A stretch of DNA of 64,000 nt from Azolla caroliniana (GCA_043228905.1 JBHGNT010000010.1:5704001-5768000), one strand, 5' to 3'. Shown: positions 36,049 through 48,456, numbered from the stretch's first letter. Notes: generated from the letters alone by a model not told the origin. Program-made: numbers and translations.

Positions 36049-39000
36049 AGGGGGAGTTTGTTGGGATTTCGGTCCCTCCGGATGGGATGTCCGGAGATGA
36101 ATGACGGCAAGCCCGGTTGCGGTTACGGTGCCGGATGATGAAGACCCCGGCTACGGAGCCGGATGATGAAGACCCCGGTTACGGTGCCGGATGATGAAGA
36201 CCCCGGCTACGGAGCCGGATGATGAAGACCCCGGCTACGGTGCCGGATGATGAAGACCCCGGCTACGGAGCCGGATGATGAATACCCCGGCTACGGAGCC
36301 GGATGCTGAAGACCCCGGTTACGGAGCCGGATGACGAATGTACCCGGAGGGAGATCCGGATGCGGGGACATATTTGTGAATATGTTTGCCAAGAGCCCTT
36401 GAGGCTATATTTGTAAATAGCCCGAAAGTCATATGTGTATAAATATGACTTAGGGCAAACAGTTTATGTTGCTGCTTATTTTTCTGTTTTTCCACTCAAG
36501 GGGAGTGAAGAGAGAGTAGCCGTGAGAGAGAGAGAGAGATAGAGCGCGAGAGACGAAGAGGTAGACGCCTCTGTGTATTTCCGCCGCCTGTGGCGAGGAC
36601 AGCGAGCTCAAGGTCGTCGCCTTGCAGCTCGCCATTGTATACTTCTCTGTATAGTGTTTGGTTTGGAGTCTTGTACTCCCGTGGTTTTTCCCGTCTAGGG
36701 TTTTCCACGTAAAACATCCAGTGTACCCTTCTCTCTATTGTTTTCGTGCATTGTTGTATTTCCCGTTTTCTGTGAATCGATCCAGTTCCTCGGTTGTGGC
36801 CGAGCACGGAATTTCGACAAGCCCGAAGAAAGCTTAACTGAAATGTGGAGAAGTTTGAACAGGTGCTTCCAAAACTTTGAGATGAATTGTGGACCACGAT
36901 CACTAATAATATCATCTGGCAGACCATGATGCTTAAATACCTCCCGCATAACGAGATCAGCCGTCTCTTGACTAGTAATCGACTTTGTACATGGCAAGAA
37001 ATGTGCCATTTTGGTAAATCGATCAACCACTGTGAGAATTGCATCAAAACCTTTTGAAACTGGGAGATCAGTAATGAAGTCCAAGGATATAGACTTCCAA
37101 GGTGTTTCCGGAATGGGAAGTGGTTGTAGTAAGCCATAGGGTCGGTGACGAGGATTCTTTGATCGACAACATATATCACAACTCCGAACATACTCCTCAA
37201 CAAAATGACGAAGGCGAGGCCACCAATAGCGTCGAGAAATTAATTCTAGAGTCTTGTGAACTCCAAAATGACCAGCCATTGGTGAGTCATGGCAATGTTG
37301 CAAAACTTGTAGCCGTGGGGGACCATCAGGAACATACAATAAATTTTGTCGAAATAGAAAACCATCATGCCAATAGAACTGACAATAGTCATTACGAGGA
37401 TTTTTCGACTGTGAGCAAGAAGCACGATCCGGGACGATATGATCCAAAACATCCTTGGCGAAATCATCAGTGGCCATATGATCTCGAATGGAATCAAGAA
37501 GAGTGGAATTTTCAAGAGCTGTTATGGCGTTAACTACCATTAATCGTAATCGATTAGGACCCAAAAGGATTTGTTTTTGATGCTCAAAAGCAGGTTCCCC
37601 AGGACGAAGTTCCATATAAGAGCGCCGAGAAAGAGCATCTGCTTTGCCTTGTTGCATCCCAGGGCGATATATGATGATAAAGTCGAAGTGAGTCAAAAAT
37701 TGCGCCCACCAGGCTTGTCACCGACTCAAGACTCGAGCATTTTGGAAATAAGTCAGGTTCTTATGATCATTGTAGACAATGATCTGCTGAGAAGAACCTT
37801 CTAGGAAATGTCGCCATTGTTGAAACGAATCCACGATTGCAAGAAGCTCTTTGTCATGGATCTCGTAGTTGATCTCTGCAGCTTCAAACTTTCGTGAATG
37901 AAAGGCGACAGGGTGTAGTTGTCCATCATCTCCAGTCTGCGAGAGGACACTCCCTAGTGCAAAATCGGATGCATCGGCTTCGAGGATGAAGCGTTTTGTT
38001 GGGTCGACATGTGCTAAGATAGGTGCTGTTGTAAATGCTCGTTTTAAGCTTTCGAATGCCTCGGATGCATCTGAACTCCATATAAATGGTTGATCTTTAT
38101 GTGTGAGCCGAGTAAGCGGAAGCACAACCTTGGAATAATCTTTAATAAATTTTCGATAAAAATTTGCAAACCCGAGAAAACATTGCACATCACGCACTGA
38201 AAGGGGCGTTTGCCACTCTAAAATTGCCTGTACCTTTATGGGGTCCATAGCAATACCATTTGACGATACAACATACCCCAAAAATTCCACTTGATTCTGG
38301 CCGAAACTACACTTTTCTAATTTTGCGTAGAGACCATATTCTCAGAGTCGGCATAATACTTGACGAACATGTGCATCATGCTCCTCTTGGGTCTTTGAGT
38401 AGATTAAAATATCATCTAGGTAAACTATAGTGAAGATATCAAGAAAATCTCGAAAAATATCGTTCGCCATATGTTGGAAAACAGCAGGTGCATTCGTGAG
38501 ACCAAATGGCATCACTGTATACTCAAAATGTCCATAGCGAGTGCGGAAAGCTGTCTTCCATTCATCCCCCGGGCGAATCCGAACTAGATTATATGCTCCG
38601 CGAAGGTCCAACTTCGTGAAATATTTTGCACCACTGAGACGTTCCAAAAGATTCGGGATTAATGGTAGAGCATATCTATTTCGGATAGTCACTTTGTTTA
38701 GCCCTCGATAATCCACGACCAACCGAAGAGTCCCATTCTTCTTCTTAACGAAGAAGATAGGTGCACCATCAGGGGATCTAGAATGCCGAATGAATCCGTT
38801 TGCCAGATTCTCATCAATATATTCCCGCAAAGTCTCTAGCTCTACAGGGGAGAGATTATAAATTGGGCCCCATGGAGGTTCTTTCCCTGGTTGTAAGTCA
38901 ATAGGGCAGTCGTATGGCCGATGCTCTGGCAATGTATTGGCCTTCACCTTATCAAAGACATCTGAAAACTCCTTGTATTTCTCTGGTAGTTTAATATCCG

Positions 39001-39573
39001 CGTCACGTGAAGTGGATGATGGAGTTGCTACTATTGCGAAGACGAACATGGCCTCGTTCCCCCCTTCCTCCCGCAACTGTCGTAAAGAGATGGGCGATAA
39101 CTCTGGGGATCTATTAGCACATGTAGGAGAGAGGGATGCGGGATTTGTGCTTTTTTCCCGAGTCTCCTCAATTGTTCTTTTCATCCAATCAATCTTCGGG
39201 TTATGGAGTTCAAACCAGGGGAGACCTAGAACTATTGGGTGGTCTGGACTACGAATAATATTGAAAGAGATTATGATTGCCAAATTGCCAAGAACTATCC
39301 TAATTGGCTCGGACTCCTCGACTATATCTCCTGATGCTATGGGACGTCCATCGATGACTCCTACGGCTACTGGGTTGGGAAGCTTATTCAAGAGGATGTT
39401 TTGTGACAAGGCAAATTCACGATCCATGAAACAAGAGTTGGCTCCAGAATCTAGAAGGGCAGAGGCTAGGACTCGATGACATGTAGATGTGGTAAGCTCG
39501 ACTTGTGCTGAAAAAACTCGACTCACTTGATTTGATGAAATGGAACCACGACTAGGAACTAACTCTACATAGC

Positions 39574-39625
39574 TAGGATGGTCCAGCCAAATGGCTCCTA
39601 TTTTGGCCGGACTTACTCGTTTAAC
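39574..39625 (-). promoter_or_regulatory. Predicted -1 ribosomal frameshift signal (G UUA AAC, 6-nt spacer, H-type pseudoknot)
   Basis: Pol is in the -1 frame and overlaps the gag end by ~43 nt. There is an 11-bp stem GTCCGGCCAAA/TTTGGCTGGAC, and loop TAGGA can pair with the downstream TCCTA. Confidence 0.8.
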
Positions 39626-40737
39626 ACATCCTCTAATTGACTCAAGACATCGAATCTATTCTCATGACATGGACTATGAGGCTTATTTATGTTATTAGAA
39701 GTAACAATAGAACTCGATGTAGGGTTTTCATGGGCACTTACTTGGTATACTTGACGCCTAGGTTTATGTGGACAATTTACAGCTATATGTCCTGGACCAC
39801 CACAATACAGGCAGAGGCGATGCGCTCGACGTCGTTGCTTCTCAGCATCTGATAACGGCCCACGACGTTGTGTTGACTCTATTTCCATCGGAGTTGGGCC
39901 ATCCCTTGTAATGGGTCTAGAAACTTGTGGAGGCGTTGCGACTACGGAAGCGTAAGTCTGTTCAGGTTGGTGGCGTAACATTTGTTGGCGCTCAGAACGT
40001 CGCTCAAATAGGCGATTATCACATCGCACAGCTCGACTAATGGCTTCTGTAAGTGACTTCGGATCTTCAGGGAAAGTAAGAAGAAGATCTTTGACATCAT
40101 TTCTCAAACCTTGACGGAATTGATCCATTAAAGCTGCCTCATCCCAAGGGATATCGCATGCCAAGAGACGGAAATCGGCTGCATAAGATGACGCGGGACG
40201 ATCTCCTTGTCGGAGCCTTCGAATCTTGTTTATCGCTGTCCTAGTGCTGTCGGTGTCTCCGAAACTAGCTTGAAACTCTTTAACAAAGGCCTCGAAATCC
40301 TCCAGCAATGGTGATTTCTTCTCGAGAAGTGGTGCGAACCATGCTAACGCCGTACCGCATAGCAAAGTTCCCACTAATCCCACACGAGCAGCATCAGTTG
40401 GATACCGATTGGGATGTAGCTGAATAACTAAACGAACTTGATTCAAAAAGCCTCGAAATAAAGACCTCGTACCATCAAACTTTGCAAGGAGGCTGATCTT
40501 TGGCTCTCTAGGGGAGTTCTGAGCCCCCGACGCTTGCTCTCGTAATGACAATATAGTCGCCTCAAGTTGATGAACCCGCTGTGATAACTCTTCATATTGT
40601 TGAGCTTTTTCGGCGCTCACGTGTTGTAGATCTCCAAGTAGCCTTTGATTCTCATGCTCTAATGCCACAAATTTATTCGTGAGCATGTCGAGCTCAGAAA
40701 GAACACGCATGTATTCTTGTTTGCTCACGGACTCCAT
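39613..40737 (-). CDS. gag: Chromovirus Gag, 374 aa (coiled coil, PEG10/RTL1-like capsid, CCHC knuckle)
   Basis: [57 protein letters not shown]. Confidence 0.93.
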   Translation of the reverse strand: MESVSKQEYMRVLSELDMLTNKFVALEHENQRLLGDLQHVSAEKAQQYEELSQRVHQLEATILSLREQASGAQNSPREPKISLLAKFDGTRSLFRGFLNQVRLVIQLHPNRYPTDAARVGLVGTLLCGTALAWFAPLLEKKSPLLEDFEAFVKEFQASFGDTDSTRTAINKIRRLRQGDRPASSYAADFRLLACDIPWDEAALMDQFRQGLRNDVKDLLLTFPEDPKSLTEAISRAVRCDNRLFERRSERQQMLRHQPEQTYASVVATPPQVSRPITRDGPTPMEIESTQRRGPLSDAEKQRRRAHRLCLYCGGPGHIAVNCPHKPRRQVYQVSAHENPTSSSIVTSNNINKPHSPCHENRFDVLSQLEDVLNE

Positions 40738-40811
40738 AGCTTATGAGGGGAGAGGAGAAGGAAGAAGAGAACTTGTTAGGGTTTGTGGAAGACGAAGAGA
40801 TGAAAGGAAAA

Positions 40812-40823
40812 AAATTGGTTCAA
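40812..40823 (-). promoter_or_regulatory. Non-tRNA primer binding site (TTGAACCAATTT) complementary to LTR positions 40938-40949
   Basis: Perfect 12-bp inverted match, located 2 nt downstream of the 5' LTR end. No TGG-type PBS is present. Confidence 0.75.
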
Positions 40824-42924
40824 ACTGTCAAGACTGAGAGAGAGAAAGAGAGAGAAAAAGAGATAGAGAGATAATTGAAAGAGAATTATTATATTGAAGC
40901 GTAAAATGGATTACAAAGAGTAGGCTACAAAATGGCGTTGAACCAATTTAGGTTTGGGATGGGTGGTAGATCCCTATTTATAAGTAATAGAGAACTCTCT
41001 AGAATATTCTAGGTTATCCTAGAATGTAGAGTAATCTAGAAGATCTCTAGAGTATTCTAGAAGGTTCTAGTGGTATAGAACACTCTAGAATATTCTAGGT
41101 CATTCTAGAATGTAGAGTAATATAGAATATTCCTATGATATTAGATTTCATATTCTAGAGACTATACATATAAGAATATTAATACAATGGTTAAGGATTT
41201 GACATGTGTACAACAGGGTCGTGGGTTCAAATCCTTTCGAGTCATAATGTGAGTGTCATGATCCTTTCGATGCATAATGTGACTGTTATCATGACAGGGA
41301 GCTTCCATTTCGGTTCAAGCCGACAAAACTCGATCGAATGCGGATATTGCGGCAAAATCGGTCACCATGAAGAAGAGTGTCAAAAGAAGATGTGTGAGTC
41401 AGCTTCCACTAGCCGACGACTCACCAATTACGCCACCAACTCCGACTATGAAGATCATGGTGGAATGTTCGTAATGAGACATAGAGAAAATTCTATGTCG
41501 ACCTCTACTTCGACTAATGCCTCCAATCCGGAAGATGTATGGTTCATCGACTCCGGTGCTTCGAACCATATGACGTCCCATCAAGAATGGTTCAAAGTTC
41601 TTCGAGATCTGGATCGACCCGATTATGTCGAGACCGGAGACAACACCACTCATCCGATTTGGCATGTCGGCAATGTCCCATTCGAGAAAGAAGGTGAACA
41701 AACTTGCATAAAAAATGTCTTGCATGTACCCACCATAACGAAGAATTTGGTCTCGGTCGGCCAAATTGTGGAGCAAGGGATGTAAGTTCGATTCAACCAA
41801 GGTAGTTGCTTCATCAAGAAGGAAGTTCGACTAATTGCTCGTTGTCGAAGGGAGGGCCGAATGTTTATCCTCTAAGCGAACGAGGTAAAATTGGGCATGT
41901 TTGCAAAGGGCCTCAAAACCGACACCGACATAGAGTTATGGCATAAAAGAATCAGTCATATCAATCTCAACAAACTCAAGGCGATGTAGTCGAAAGGAGT
42001 CGTCATTGGGCTCCCGACCTTCAAAGAGAAAGAGATTGAAGGAGTATGTGAAGCATGCCAATTCGGCAAGTAACATCGGCACCCATTCCAGAAGGAGAGG
42101 AACGTGAGCAATGGCCTATTGGACGTAGTCCACTCGGATGTGTGGGGACCAGCACAAACAACCACAGTTGGAGGATGTCAGTACTATGTTACCTTCATCG
42201 ACGACTGCTCTAGATACACATGGATCTTTCCCATGAGGATGAAGAGCGAAGTGTTTTCACACTTCCAAAAATTCAAAAGAGAAGTCGAAAAGACAATTGA
42301 CTGCCATGTACGATGTCTTCAGTTAGACGAAGGAAAGGAATACTTCTCTGATGCGTTCATGGCATACCTTCGACAGGAAGGAATTCGGTGAGAACTCACT
42401 TGCCGACACACACCGCAACATAATGGTGTAGCCGAATGCAAGAACCAGCACATCCTCAAAGTAGCAAGGTCCATCCTAAATGAGAAGCATATGCCCAAGT
42501 CATATTGGGTAGAATTTGCAAATACCTCCGTCTACCTCATGAACCGGTGCACAATAGCCGGAGTGCACAAGGTCACCCCGCACGAGAAATACTATGGGAA
42601 GAAGCCGGATCTATCCCATGTAAGGATATTCGGCTCCATTGCATACGTGCACATTCCCGATGAGAAGCGGCAGAAGCTTGACCCAAAGTCAGAGAAGTGC
42701 ATCCTCGTGGGATACTCACTAGAGCAAAAGGGGTACAAGTGCTTCAACCCCTCTACTCAGAAGGCTCGTGTAAGTCGGGATGTCATCTTTGACGAATCGA
42801 CATCATGGTACAAACCCGAGCCGACTCCTCCCGAACCATCTGCGAATGACCTCGACAACACAGAAGACGATGATCAACTAAGGTCAATACTTGAAGAGAG
42901 TCTGATCTCAACCAGATTGAGCAG

Positions 42925-43574
42925 TGTCGTGAAGATCCGTCACTACGTGCGGATTGTGAGGCGGAACCACCAGGATCCTAGACTGGAAGGATTCAAAGTT
43001 TGCACTAGCTTTAGCAAGAAAGGATGTAAGATAGATTGAGAGAGAGAGATCGATATTAAGATTCCAATTTTGAGACATATTGAGAAAAAGAGAGATTGAA
43101 CCTTTGACTTCAATTTTGAGGGAGAAGATACATCACCAATAGGATAACTAGTTTTCTTAAATTTAATTTTGATATAAAGTACAAAGCTTGCTTGATTTCC
43201 ATTCCTTTCTCCTCTACTCTTTTATAGATGCCCCCATCATATGATGCATGTGAGGGTACAAGACATGCATACAATGCATGCTTGCCATTTTTGCATTCAT
43301 GCATGATGACCATGTCACTCATCCAAGCTCTCATGTATGGGAATTTATATGTGAAAGTATAGTGATGAAAATATAACTTTTAAAGAAATGATTTGACTTA
43401 GTGGTAAGTCTATTGGCTTCTACCTTGGGAGTGTAAGGTTCAAGCCTTGCTTGCATCCCTTTCTATGCTCAAGATATTACTAGGCTTTAGTCTTATGTTT
43501 GAGTACACATTACACCTTCTTGATTTTGTTTGTTTCACACAATTTTCACACCATTGCCGAAAATCTTCACGACA
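42925..43574 (-). mobile_element. Solo LTR (650 bp) of the TGTCG..CGACA family, inserted in copia D
   Basis: 12-bp terminal inverted repeat TGTCGTGAAGAT/ATCTTCACGACA, flanks GCAG/GCAA, minus-strand TATA at ~43219-43227. Confidence 0.8.
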
Positions 43575-44624
43575 GCAAACCACAAAAGCCTCCGAGCAAC
43601 CAAAGCATATCTCGGCCAAGTCCAAAGATGGACAAAGGGAAGGCCAAAATGCTGGAATATGAAGACAATCACTTTTATGACAACGAATCGACTCACTCAC
43701 TCGATAGTGAGTTTGATGGCTTTGATGAGCCTCTTATGAGGTCACTTGGAGTTAAGAAAGCACTCACATCGGCAAATGAGAAACTTAGTCGCTCCACCCG
43801 AGAGAAGAATCTGGTTAGCCGATTCGGCTACAACAACTATATGGCATATCACTATGCCTTTATGATGAAGGTGGCAGCGGTTCGAGAACCGGAGAGCTTT
43901 GCCGAACCCGCTAAAGATCCGCGATGGGTCAAAGCGATGAACGAAGAGATGCAAACTCTCAACAAGAACGAGACATGGGATCTCGTCCCTCACTCACTGC
44001 ACAAGAAGGCAATCGGCTGCAAATGGATATACAAAGTGAAGTATAATGTCGACAGTTCCGTCAACAACTGCAAAGCTCGACTCATAGCAAAGGGCTATGC
44101 ACAAACACATGGAGTTGACTATGAAGAGACCTTTGCCCCAGTGGCAAAGATGACGACCGTGCGCACCGTGATAACGCTTGCTGCAGCGAAAGGGTAGCAC
44201 CTCCACCAGATGGATGTCAAGAATGCCTTTCTTCAAGGCGAATTAGAAGAGGAGGTGTACATGGTACAATCACCCGGCTTCGAATCCAATATTCATTTGA
44301 AAGTCGTCCGCCGACTCCAGAAGCCTCTCTACGGCCTTAAGCAAGCATCACATGCTTGGCACTCTAAGATAACACAATATCTTCATCGAATCGGCTTCTG
44401 AATGTAAAAATCTGACAATTGTCCCTATGTAAGAAGCGATTCTGAAAGTCTGATTGTCATCATCCTATATGTGGATGATCTGGTCATTGGAGGTGAGCAT
44501 CTAGTCAACATCAACAAGGTCAAGTCCCTCCTCTCCAGCAAATTTGAGATGACAGACATGAAAGAGCTCAATTACTTCCTTGGCATTGAGGTAATCCGGA
44601 CTCCAACCGAAGTAATGATCTCTC

Positions 44625-45060
44625 TGTTACCGGCCGGCAAAGGAGTCCAGAGTGGGAAACGGAGAGTTATTTAAGTAGTAGGAATGTGGTTGCAATTAAG
44701 CTATGAGTGTGGACGGACGGACCGGAAACGGTATGCCGTTCCGGATCCGGACCGATCCCGAACAGGTGCGGATGGCACCGTTTTGTAATACAGACCGGAA
44801 ACCTATTTAAAGGCCCGGATACAATGTAATAGTGAGCAGTTAATTAATGAAAGCTTAAGCGTTGTTATCTCTCTGTGTTAATTGCCGTTCTGTCTTAATT
44901 GTTATATCTTACACGTGTGTTATGAAAGACGATCCTAATATGTAACTTAATTAAGTCGGATTAAGCATTGAAGTCTAATCCGGTTGCCGTAACACCCTTT
45001 GGTGAAGTGTCTCCCGTAGACACCCTGTGTTAGGCCATTGTCCGGCCCGAAGAGTTAACA
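44625..45060. mobile_element. Solo LTR (436 bp) inserted in the RT of copia D
   Basis: TGTTA..TAACA termini and perfect TSD CTCTC (44620-44624/45061-45065). The host frame (VMISQRHY) rejoins across it. Confidence 0.85.
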
Positions 45061-46287
45061 CTCTCAACGTCACTACATACTCAACTTGTTATACAAGTTT
45101 GGGATGACCGAGTGCAAATCTGTGGCAACCTCTCTCGATCGAAACCTCAAACTGGATGCCAATTCTGGCACCACAGAGTGTGAGCCGGCACACTATTGAC
45201 AACTTCTTGGTAGTCTCATCTACCTCACGATCACTCGACTTGACCTGAGCTATCCGGTCGGCCTCCTTAGCCAATTCATGCAAACTCCACGAGATATCCA
45301 TTTGGATTGTGTTAAGCGAGTGCTACAATATGTGAGCGGAACGATGGACTATGGTATTCTCTATAAGTTGGCCACGCTAATTCAACTCGAAGGGTACACA
45401 GATGTTGATTGGGCCAGCTACAAAGCCGATAGATGATCAACCTCTGGTTTCGTCTTTTCCCTCAGAAGTGGAGCCATCTCCTAGAGTAGCAAGAAGCAAC
45501 CCATCGTCGCTCTTTCGAGCACAGAGACAGAATACAGGGGCGCGACGGTGGTTGCATGTGAAGCCGTATGGCTCAAGAGGATATTGAAGGATCTGAGCGT
45601 TCCCATCAAAGATCTGATTCCTCTTTACTGTGATAACATGAGCAATATTCATCTGGCTTGGAACCCGGTGTTCCACGCATGCACGAAACATATCGAAGTG
45701 CACTATCACTTCATTCGAGAGCGCGTTCAGGCTGGAGATGTCGACCTTCAACACATCAGTACGAATCTTCATACAACCGACATCTTCACCAAACCCCTGG
45801 GAGCCAACAAGCTTCGGCAATTCATGTCAGACCTTGGATTGATGCTCCCTTACTTGCCAAGCTTGAGGGGGAGTACATCTGAACAGGGTTCAGCCGAAAC
45901 GGACACCAAACAGAGAGAACTGAATACCGTTCGAATTAGGTACCAGCCGAAGTGGACAAGCCGACCAAAGTTGAGCTCAAGGGGGTGTGTTGAGAATCAA
46001 ACTCAACCTGGCCTAGTGTGTGAACACACCCTTGAGAGTGTATGAACACTCAAAGGTCAAAAGTAACACCACTACTCTTTACACATTAACTACGTGTCAT
46101 AGAATCATATTCTATGACACATAACTAATGAGTTTCCACATTCCCCATGACTCATGACCTTCGGTAGTTAATGAAGAGAGAGAGTGAATATATAAAGCAC
46201 TCTCCTCCTACTTTGTAATATGACGGTTAATCTCCTTTGTAATATACAATCTTCTTGAGTATTTTTTATTATCTATCTTGTGTTTCT

Positions 46288-46352
<65 letters not shown>

Positions 46353-46539
46353 ATACACATCACCATCGATTCTTTACAACACATTGAATTCATTTGAACT
46401 TCAATAATTGGCATTCATTTGAATTCATTCAAATCATTCATTGGCATAATCACTCACATTCACTTCATTCACCTCAATCACTCGCACTCTCGATCACATT
46501 GTAGTCGTTCACTTCAATCACAGTAGTAATCGACCACAA

Positions 46540-48427
46540 CCATCTATGGAGAACACACTGCATGATGGTGTCTTTGCCATGTCTGAAGATGAATTGGAGG
46601 ATATGTCACATCATTTGTATCTAAGGACGAATTGGAGATGCCTTTTGAGTCATCTGATTTTGATTGTGAGGATGAGGCAGTAGATCCCATCATGTATTGT
46701 TCCCCCAAATATTTTGTATTCTCAAGAGGTATGTATGATTTAATGGTTAAAGATTTATCGGGACAAGTTAAGGTAACATTAGAAGCATTACGTGATGTCG
46801 CAAGGAGCACACCTCTCAATCTCCATGCATGGAGGCACATGAAGAGTCGTCTCATACTCAGGAATGAGAGTGCAATCTACCTTAAGACATCACCTAATCT
46901 TCAAGTAATATACGTTGAGAAATGGAGGGAGGTAGTATTAGCGTCACATGGTGACGCATCCCATCACACATTTTCAAAGACTCTTAAAGAGTTCAAGCAG
47001 GATTACGTGACTGATGTACATGATTATGGCATCACAACGGGGTATGTAAAAGCACTCATTAGAAGTTGTGATTGACAAATGGTGTTGAAGGTCTACCTGA
47101 ATGAAGGTTTGGGATCAAGCATGGACAAATATAACAAGACCCTACCCATAGAAGTGATCAAGGTAGAAACCCACTAGTTAGATGTTGCGCTCACGGATTT
47201 GCAAACCAAGTATATCACACACGCTTAAGGGAAGGAGTCAAGAAGGGTATGACATGTGTGATTGGGTATAGTTGTCATCATGCTGGGACATCTTGACTTG
47301 TGTCTAATTCCACTCAACGACACAAGTGCACGCCCCGATGTGGGTGTACATTCCATGTGGACGTTAGAATGAACCATGGGGTTGACAATGAGACACTGAC
47401 TATTTCAATAAATGAACCTCATAGTGGTCATGTACCATGTAGTAGGTCAGATGTGTACCATTTGCCAGCATACCCCAATGTTATAAGTTATTGCAAAGAT
47501 GACCTATTTGATGTTGGGTGTGCAAGGCATGTGGCACAAATGAGCATATGTAAGGAAGCATATCATAAGTCCAAGGCTAATCCATTAGAGCTTGTTAGCT
47601 ATAGGTTCTTTATGGTACAAAAGGAGGTCCATAACATGGCAAATAGGTTAAAAATCAGTAGTGCCATGACTAAGGCTGATTGGTCTTTGATGATGGAAGA
47701 TGCCTATGCACCCTGAGATCTTGGGAAAGTGGCTCATGTTCAACCTTACCTGCTTGGTGAACCAGGATCTCCCACCAGACAACCATTTATATTGATACTT
47801 CAAGATCAATGGATGTTGGAAATGTGTGAGCGGTTTACCCTAAACAACTCTTGGCAATCAACTCAACATTTTAAACAAACCAATTTGTGCAACCCACCCA
47901 AGTAGTACATGATTGAAGGTTCAGGTCTTTTTTCTTCTTATTGTGTTTCATATTAATATGGATTCCATATTATCTTATCAAGATTTTTACTCTAGCATGC
48001 AGTGGAGGTCAATAATAATATGGATTCTAGTTGTGAGGAAAATATGATTTGAAACACAAAACTCGAAGGTATAACCTCCACAAAGTCTGGTGATACATAC
48101 CTCTGGACAGCAAGACAACAGGTGGTGCGCCTTGCTGAAGTTGCCTAAACCCTAAAACTCTAGCATCCTGTTTGAAAACATGCAAAAATGACAGGTATAT
48201 GGGTTTTTATACTCATCGCAAACTGATGAGTCGGGATCCTTTTCACAATGAGTCAGGCTCCTTCTTTTCACAATGAGTCGGGATCCTTTTCACAATGAGA
48301 CGGGCTCCCCAAAAAGAGAACTTCTGATGGCGCGCTTTTTCTTCATCCACATTGGACGGTGCAGATCACACGCGCCCTCATCTAGCGACCTGCACCGTCT
48401 ATCTCCGCGATTCCCTCACTTGCCCTC
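46540..48427 (+). mobile_element. Decayed MULE-like (Mutator) transposase with subterminal repeats and a probable right terminal repeat
   Basis: WRKY/GCM1-type motif YSCHHAG..RCGCTF..HSGH and a catalytic-domain start QPFILILQDQWMLEM..NNSW. Repeats of CACAATGAGTCGGGATCC occur at 48226-48308, and the segment ends TTGCCCTC. Confidence 0.55.
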
Positions 48428-48456
48428 ATAAATATTTGGTAGTAGTTAGACACGTC

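Larger units (their letters stand above)
31239..36819 (+). mobile_element. Very young Ty1/copia (Tnt1/Tto1-like); 5' LTR 31239-31943 (705 bp), 3' LTR 36059-36819 (761 bp)
   Basis: TG..CA LTRs, perfect TSD AGCCC (31234-31238/36820-36824), PBS TGGTATCAGAGC (31947-31958, tRNA-iMet), PPT GAAGGGGGAG (36047-36056). Confidence 0.97.
30393..39655 (-). pseudogene. pol: Chromovirus Pol (PR-RT-RH-INT-chromodomain), disrupted by two TGA stops (38342-38344, 37718-37720), the copia insertion, and a frameshift near 30650
   Basis: [63 protein letters not shown], and chromodomain EFEVAAVLDS..YYLVDWLGY..RTWEP. Confidence 0.92.
29930..41296 (-). mobile_element. Full-length Ty3/gypsy chromovirus (Tcn1/Tf1-sushi-like) with 471-bp LTRs at 40826-41296 (5') and 29930-30400 (3')
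   Basis: LTRs are TGTCA..TGACA and identical by eye. TSD GGGAG (29925-29929/41297-41301), PPT 30401-30410, domain order gag-PR-RT-RH-INT-chromodomain. Confidence 0.96.
28612..46359 (+). mobile_element. Decayed full-length Ty1/copia D, host of the nested insertions; 5' LTR 28612-29015, PBS 29016-29026, 3' LTR 45988-~46359
   Basis: Similar LTRs start TGTTGAGAATCAA, with TSD ATCAC (28607-28611/46359-46363). Gag lies at 29175-29929, followed by CGYCGKIGHHEEEC, WFIDSGASNHMT, VHSDVWGP, RT YVDD and RNase H, all with stops. PPT is at ~45977-45987. Confidence 0.88.
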
